Positions 59,770 to 64,000 of a DNA stretch of 64,000 nucleotides are shown here, piece after piece. The position numbers and the translations under genes were made by a program. How positions within the stretch are numbered: position 1 is the stretch's first letter; each line of letters opens with the position of its first letter. Below the pieces are notes generated by a model. The model made no database searches. It was not told the origin of the DNA and saw only the letters and a list, made by a program, of their open reading frames with translations. Source of the stretch: an uncultured virus (IMG/VR IMGVR_UViG_3300013232_000195). Taxonomy: Duplodnaviria > Heunggongvirae > Uroviricota > Caudoviricetes. The DNA lies in IMG/VR virus record IMGVR_UViG_3300013232_000195; one strand, 5' to 3'.

Positions 59770-60255
59770 CTAGACAGACACAATGTCTTGGGCAAGGGTC
59801 ACTTCCACCCGCGTGGAATTCGCGTCAGCGATTTGGGCCTTCAAAGCCAAGAGTCTGCGTGTGAAGTCCTCAACCAGCTCTTGGGCAGCGAGCGGGGTGA
59901 CCGTTGGCTTGGCGTAGACGGAATCCTTCTCCCTTACGTATCCGCCAGGAAGTATGCTCTTGGTTGCGGGTTTCCAGCGATTGACGGCTCGCTTGAGGAT
60001 GCCAAGCTGTTTGATGGCAGTCTCAATGCCAAGGCCCTCGGAAGTCTTGGCCTTCTGGTTGAACTCCCTCTGCGCAATCTCGATCTCGACGATGTTGAAC
60101 TCCGCTTCAAGCAGTTCCTCGTTGATCTTGAATGGATCGCGCTTCTTTTCCCCATCAAAGGACATGAGGCAGTCCGTGAACTCGACGATCAGGGAGTCCC
60201 GCTTCGTCGTCCAGATCTGGAGCAACTCGTACAACTTGTTTCCCGTCATTTCCAT
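59770..60255 (-). CDS. Remote DIP1984-family-like helical hairpin protein
   Basis: 161 aa from ATG 60255 (GGAGG RBS); pattern KL.E.L...GEK..DP....EL...N....G..I..AI...TV....Q..V.....L..L..QI..AN.T. Confidence 0.55.
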   Translation of the reverse strand: MEMTGNKLYELLQIWTTKRDSLIVEFTDCLMSFDGEKKRDPFKINEELLEAEFNIVEIEIAQREFNQKAKTSEGLGIETAIKQLGILKRAVNRWKPATKSILPGGYVREKDSVYAKPTVTPLAAQELVEDFTRRLLALKAQIADANSTRVEVTLAQDIVSV

Positions 60256-60279
60256 TTTTGATCCTCCGTTTCTGTCGTC

Positions 60280-60361
60280 ATGATACGGCACGGCACGCTG
60301 CCGTCAAGAATAAAATGGGTGCTGTTTTTGTGGTTGACATGTTCGGGATGTATGGTAGTTA
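60280..60361. promoter_or_regulatory. Divergent sigma70-type promoter pair
   Basis: Minus strand TTGACG-16-TATCAT (60307-60280); plus strand TTGACA-16-TAGTTA with TG extension (60334-60361). Confidence 0.55.
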
Positions 60362-60381
60362 TTGCCGATGAGGGAACACAC

Positions 60382-61209
60382 ATGTCAGAGACAAAAGACG
60401 CGATGGGCGACCGCATGAAGTCGTACGAGTCGGCCACCGACCAGAGGCTCCCAAGGAACCTCCCGATCGTGGCTCGGCTCGACGGCAAGGGCTTCTCGAA
60501 GTGGACGGCTGACTTGGAAAGGCCGTTCGACGGTCGTCTCCATAACGTAATGAGTAGTACCATGCGGTTCTTAGCCACCAAGACCCACGCCAAGGCGGCT
60601 TACACCCAGTCAGACGAGATAACGCTTGGGTGGACGAACGAAACCAAGGATTCTCAGGTCTGGTTCGACGGGCGCGTCCTCAAGATGGCCAGCGTGCTTT
60701 CTGCCATGGCCTCCTCATACTTCAACAGGCAATGGGCTTCATTCATGCCTTTTGGAGTCGAGGAGAGGCCGCTGGCCTTCTTTGATTGCCGCGTGTGGTC
60801 TGTTCCGAACCTCGACGAGGCCGCGAACACGTTCCTCTGGAGGGAGTTTGATTGTACGAAGAACTCCATCAGCCAGGCCACGCGCCATTACTACAGCCAC
60901 AAGCAGATGATGAACAAGAACGGGATAGAAATGAAGGAGATGCTCATACTCAAGGGCGTCAACTGGCAAGACTATCCCAACTGGGCCAAGTATGGGACGT
61001 ACGTCGTACGCCGTGTCGTCGAACGTGAGTTGTCTGACGACGAGATGGCCAAGATCCCGGTGGAACATAGGCCGACTGGCCCAGTACCGCGTTCGTGGTA
61101 CGTGACGCTTTCGGACAGCCTCAGGTGGTGTTCGAACAGACCAGATGTTTTGTTCAAAGGGGAGACGATGTTCAAGGGTAGTTTGGATGCTTGTCCAGAG
61201 GAGAAATGA
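60382..61209 (+). CDS. thg1: tRNA(His) guanylyltransferase Thg1-like protein (3'-5' polymerase)
   Basis: RMKSYE, ARLDGKGFSKWT, RPFD, YTQSDEIT, FDGRVLK..S, FDCRV, WR..DC.KNSI. Confidence 0.92.
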   Translation: MSETKDAMGDRMKSYESATDQRLPRNLPIVARLDGKGFSKWTADLERPFDGRLHNVMSSTMRFLATKTHAKAAYTQSDEITLGWTNETKDSQVWFDGRVLKMASVLSAMASSYFNRQWASFMPFGVEERPLAFFDCRVWSVPNLDEAANTFLWREFDCTKNSISQATRHYYSHKQMMNKNGIEMKEMLILKGVNWQDYPNWAKYGTYVVRRVVERELSDDEMAKIPVEHRPTGPVPRSWYVTLSDSLRWCSNRPDVLFKGETMFKGSLDACPEEK

Positions 61210-61394
61210 TGGAACTGACCGTGGAGAAGGCTCAAGTCGCAGCGAACAAGGAAAAAAGGCCATATGCGGTTTTCTTGCATATGAACGGGGAAGAGCGGAA
61301 GTACTACGAGAAGCCGCTCGACAACATTCAGTTCAGCGAGCCTGGACTGGCCATAAAAATTGTCATGCCAAAACACGAGGAAGCAACTTCCTAG
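61206..61394 (+). CDS. Small hypothetical protein
   Basis: GAGGAG RBS, ATGA overlap with the thg1 stop. Confidence 0.5.
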   Translation: MMELTVEKAQVAANKEKRPYAVFLHMNGEERKYYEKPLDNIQFSEPGLAIKIVMPKHEEATS

Positions 61395-61453
61395 CCACTG
61401 TATCATGGCCTTGACGGGCCGTGCATGAGGACAAAACAAAGGAGGAGTCAACG

Positions 61454-61717
61454 ATGTGCATGCAATGCGAGATCGAAGAGGTGGAGTCAATTCTGACTCC
61501 TTACGAAGAAGACGATGACTGCGATGGCGACTGTGACGAGGACTGCGATTGCGAGGACTGTGACTGCGACGAAGAAGACGAAGACGACGACGATGAATTC
61601 GTTGAAGTCGAAGAGGAAGAAGACGAGGACTTCGACGACGACGATGACGAGGAAATAGACGAGGACTTGGACGGCGAGGAAGACGTTGACGACGACGAAG
61701 ACGAGGATGAAGAGTAG
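61454..61717 (+). CDS. Extremely acidic, Cys-containing small protein
   Basis: AAGGAGG RBS; MCMQC then DDDCDGDCDEDCDCEDCDC and long D/E runs; no Lys or Arg. Confidence 0.65.
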   Translation: MCMQCEIEEVESILTPYEEDDDCDGDCDEDCDCEDCDCDEEDEDDDDEFVEVEEEEDEDFDDDDDEEIDEDLDGEEDVDDDEDEDEE

Positions 61718-61727
61718 TCGTCCAGAC

Positions 61728-62324
61728 ATGTATAGCGATCAATACAAGTGCGTATTCGTACACATCAACAAGAACGGTGGTACGAACATCAACAACGCGC
61801 TTGAAATGATTCCCGAGTCCGAGTTTCAACATCTTTCGATCAAGAGGATCTTGGCGCTTAAGTCAGGCCGAAGATCCTACTTTAAGTTCTCTTTTGTACG
61901 AAATCCTTGGGATTGGGTCGTTTCGGAGTTCCATTTTCGGAAGCAAAAAACAAGAACGATACCGCCCGACGAGGAGTTCAACGTCGAGGCGCTAGACAGG
62001 TACTTCGGCTCCGATAGTTGTAGCTGGGCCGAGATGTTATACTTCAACCTCAGAATGACGAGCACGGGATACCAGAAGTCGTTCTTGTACGTGGATGGGA
62101 ATCTGTCAGTCGACTACGTTGGAAGATTCGAAAGATACGTGGAACATTTGGGCGAGGTCTGTTCCATCCTTGGGATTGAAGGCGGCAAGAAGCGTGAGGT
62201 TCTAGCCAGGCATGAAAACGCTACGATTCATCTTCCCTACCGCCAGTACTATAATGAGGAAACGAAAGAACGTGTTCGCAGGATGTTCGAAGAGGACATA
62301 GACACTTTCAAGTATGCGTTCTGA
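61728..62324 (+). CDS. Sulfotransferase (Sulfotransfer_2 family)
   Basis: FVHINKNGGTNI (5'-PSB), FSFVRNPWDWVVSEF (3'-PB), DYVGRFE, D..TF.Y.F. Confidence 0.85.
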   Translation: MYSDQYKCVFVHINKNGGTNINNALEMIPESEFQHLSIKRILALKSGRRSYFKFSFVRNPWDWVVSEFHFRKQKTRTIPPDEEFNVEALDRYFGSDSCSWAEMLYFNLRMTSTGYQKSFLYVDGNLSVDYVGRFERYVEHLGEVCSILGIEGGKKREVLARHENATIHLPYRQYYNEETKERVRRMFEEDIDTFKYAF

Positions 62325-62344
62325 TTTCAAAGGATATTTTTAGA

Positions 62345-62362
62345 GTGATATGGTATAATCAC
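62345..62362 (+). promoter_or_regulatory. Extended -10 promoter inside a short inverted repeat
   Basis: TGGTATAAT at 62351-62359, flanked by GTGAT/ATCAC. Confidence 0.55.
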
Positions 62363-62365
62363 ATG

Positions 62366-62525
62366 ATGCCACTGAGTTCCGTGGCAGTTGCCCGCAAGCC
62401 TAATGGCTTGGGGTTCGGCCTCCAGTCGAGTGAGCCAGCTAATCACGCGGCATTCGTATGGCCTAGTCCATCAGGACCAGGCTCGGCTTTTGCCCTTGAG
62501 CCACGGTAATCAAGGGCGTCTTTTT
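62366..62525 (+). ncRNA. Candidate structured small RNA or attenuator leader (about 160 nt)
   Basis: Hairpins TGCCAC/GTGGCA and CAAGCC/GGCTTG, a multibranch closed by AGTCGAG/CTCGGCT, then a terminator. Confidence 0.55.
62491..62525 (+). terminator. Intrinsic terminator
   Basis: GCCCTTGA/TCAAGGGC stem followed by GTCTTTTT. Confidence 0.6.
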
Positions 62526-62536
62526 GTGAGGACAAC

Positions 62537-62878
62537 ATGCTCGAAGTCAACTCTGTGAACTGGACCAAAGAAGTCAAGGACTCGAAAGTCCCCGTTCTCG
62601 TGGATTGCTCAGCCGAGTGGTGTGGCCCATGCAAGATGCTCATGCCAGTCCTAAAGGACGTGGCGTCCAAGTATGCTGGCAGGATCAAGTTCGTGAAGCT
62701 TGACGTGGACTTCAACACGGACTTGTCAAAAGACCTTGGCATATCCAGCATCCCGTGCTTGATCATGTTCAAGGAAGGGCATGAGACTGGGCGAATCGTG
62801 GGCTATTCTGGAATCAATCCGATCATCGCTTGGCTGGAAAAACAAGAGAAGGGTAGCGAGTCCCAGCCGCCGAAATAA
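62537..62878 (+). CDS. trxA: Thioredoxin
   Basis: PVLVDCSAEWCGPCKML, FVKLDVD, GISSIP. Confidence 0.92.
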   Translation: MLEVNSVNWTKEVKDSKVPVLVDCSAEWCGPCKMLMPVLKDVASKYAGRIKFVKLDVDFNTDLSKDLGISSIPCLIMFKEGHETGRIVGYSGINPIIAWLEKQEKGSESQPPK

Positions 62879-62883
62879 TCGGC

Positions 62884-63552
62884 ATGGGTAAGTTACGTCG
62901 TTGGATACGCCAAGCCGCCCCTGATTTGAGAGCCTTGGAGCAACAGATCAGCTCCTCTGGCGAGACGTTGGGTAATCTAGGAACCGACCAAGTTCAAGTG
63001 GTCGGGGACTTCCAGCCTATCATCAACGTCAAGGGACATGGTCCAGTCAACGTTCCAATCACGCTGACCAGTGTCATCAACTCCATCAAGAGCTACCTCA
63101 ACAACTCGAATCGGCTTGCCGCAAACCCACAGCTACAAGAGTGGAAGCAAGCCATCAACTACATCACGGACATCAAGATCGGAGATTTCGGCCCTGGAGA
63201 GTTCGGACATGCCATATCCAAGGAGCCGCATACGATCTACGTGAATTGGGAAGGCATGCGCAAGCTCGTCGAGAACGCGGTCAACCAGCAAGTAGACGCA
63301 GCGTCCCAGGAGTTTGGCGTCCCGACAGAGCTAACGGACGACGTGATTGAGAGAATCAAGGTCAAGGTTGCAGAGCAGCTATATCGATGGGCCTCTTCGA
63401 CCGTGGCTCATGAGACGCGCCATGCCTTGGACTTCCAAGACGTGCTCACGAATATGTTGGGTGGACAAAAGGGCGACCTTGGTCAGGCCACTGAGTCACG
63501 GGCCGAGGCCGAGGAAAAGAGCGTCCAGAACGTACCTTTGCCTTCGTTCTAG
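62884..63552 (+). CDS. Hypothetical protein with HExxH (zincin-like) motif
   Basis: FGHA...IYVN...STVAHETRHA...E.RAE. Confidence 0.55.
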   Translation: MGKLRRWIRQAAPDLRALEQQISSSGETLGNLGTDQVQVVGDFQPIINVKGHGPVNVPITLTSVINSIKSYLNNSNRLAANPQLQEWKQAINYITDIKIGDFGPGEFGHAISKEPHTIYVNWEGMRKLVENAVNQQVDAASQEFGVPTELTDDVIERIKVKVAEQLYRWASSTVAHETRHALDFQDVLTNMLGGQKGDLGQATESRAEAEEKSVQNVPLPSF

Positions 63553-63561
63553 AAAGAGATT

Positions 63562-63672
63562 ATGCAAACCATTATGCGTGGGATTGGCATGGCCCTTGGC
63601 CTCGTGATCATGACATTTAACGTCTTCTACGTTTGGGTCAAATGCAGCCTCTTTGGGGGTAGAAAGAAATGA
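63562..63672 (+). CDS. 36-aa single-TM peptide
   Basis: MQTIMRGIGMALGLVIMTFNVFYVWVKCSLFGGRKK; below the ORF-track cutoff. Confidence 0.4.
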   Translation: MQTIMRGIGMALGLVIMTFNVFYVWVKCSLFGGRKK

Positions 63673-63776
63673 TGAACTTCATCCTTGGATTCTTGTGTGG
63701 GATACTCTTCTCGATAGGCGTGATCTTCTTCCTGAAGTGGCTTTCCGCATCCATCCACAAAATGGACTACATTTAG
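63669..63776 (+). CDS. 35-aa single-TM peptide
   Basis: ATGA overlap; MMNFILGFLCGILFSIGVIFFLKWLSASIHKMDYI. Confidence 0.45.
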   Translation: MMNFILGFLCGILFSIGVIFFLKWLSASIHKMDYI

Positions 63777-63826
63777 AAAAAGGCCCTTCTTGCCATGTAT
63801 GATTTTGGCAAGGAGGAGTTGATTTA

Positions 63827-64000
63827 ATGGACCAGAACATCGTCAAGAACCTAGGTGACAAACCCGTCGTCATCTGCGAGTACATGGCCGACCTTCTCGT
63901 CAGCATCCCTTCCAAGAACGCCACGCTAACCAATGATGCCCCGCCAATCCACGTCGGGGCCAGTCCGAAAGAGCAGACCGCCTTGTCCTATAAGCGTGCG
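63827..64000 (+). CDS. Hypothetical protein, 3' truncated
   Basis: AAGGAGG RBS; MDQNIVKNLGDKPVVICEY... open to the window end. Confidence 0.55.
   Translation, partial: MDQNIVKNLGDKPVVICEYMADLLVSIPSKNATLTNDAPPIHVGASPKEQTALSYKRA

Noticed and set aside
60972..61832. 286-aa minus-strand Arg-rich ORF
   Set aside because: Antisense shadow of the acidic GAC/GAA-rich gene and its neighbours, which have clear RBSs or motifs on the plus strand.
62424..62488. Canonical tRNA
   Set aside because: Has a 7-bp closing stem but no TTC T-loop, no proper anticodon arm and no CCA; kept only as an ncRNA candidate.
1..64000. Alternative genetic code (stop-codon reassignment)
   Set aside because: Genes tile tightly under the standard bacterial code, and TAA, TAG and TGA all occur as genuine stops at gene junctions.

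Overview
Densely coding 64 kb segment that reads as part of a large dsDNA virus genome, most likely a jumbo bacteriophage. This is inferred from the absence of cellular housekeeping operons, overlapping start/stop codons and bacterial-type RBSs and promoters; no capsid or terminase gene is present to prove it. 1-23.6 kb: very long, Ser/Gly-saturated, virion-fibre-like genes (Ser-Gly-X triplet proteins, a 2451-aa SG-rich pentapeptide-repeat protein, beta-helix proteins), then three paralogous lectin-like genes plus a fourth small gene, with one paralogue fused to a GH105/GH88 hydrolase. 24-29.6 kb and 40.3-54.3 kb: two glycan synthesis/decoration clusters. Together with two outlying genes, the window holds about 12 glycosyltransferase-like and 8 methyltransferase-like genes, plus acetyltransferases, LicD, a DegT-type aminotransferase and a sulfotransferase. 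30.9-40.3 kb: a tandemly doubled cassette slot carrying an autotransporter-passenger/NHL protein and another SG fibre. 54-64 kb: accessory genes, including a PilC/GspF N-terminus-like protein, a receiver domain, a HAD phosphatase, a ParB-like protein, a DIP1984-like gene followed by a highly structured non-coding RNA and divergent from a Thg1-like 3'-5' polymerase, an acidic protein, a second ncRNA candidate and thioredoxin. Best candidates for new biology: (1) a virus-encoded Ser-Gly scaffold plus glycosylation system, (2) a DIP1984-like/ncRNA/Thg1 module, (3) a sigmaH-like promoter embedded in RBS-occluding hairpins. All family calls come from motif recognition by eye, not database searches.
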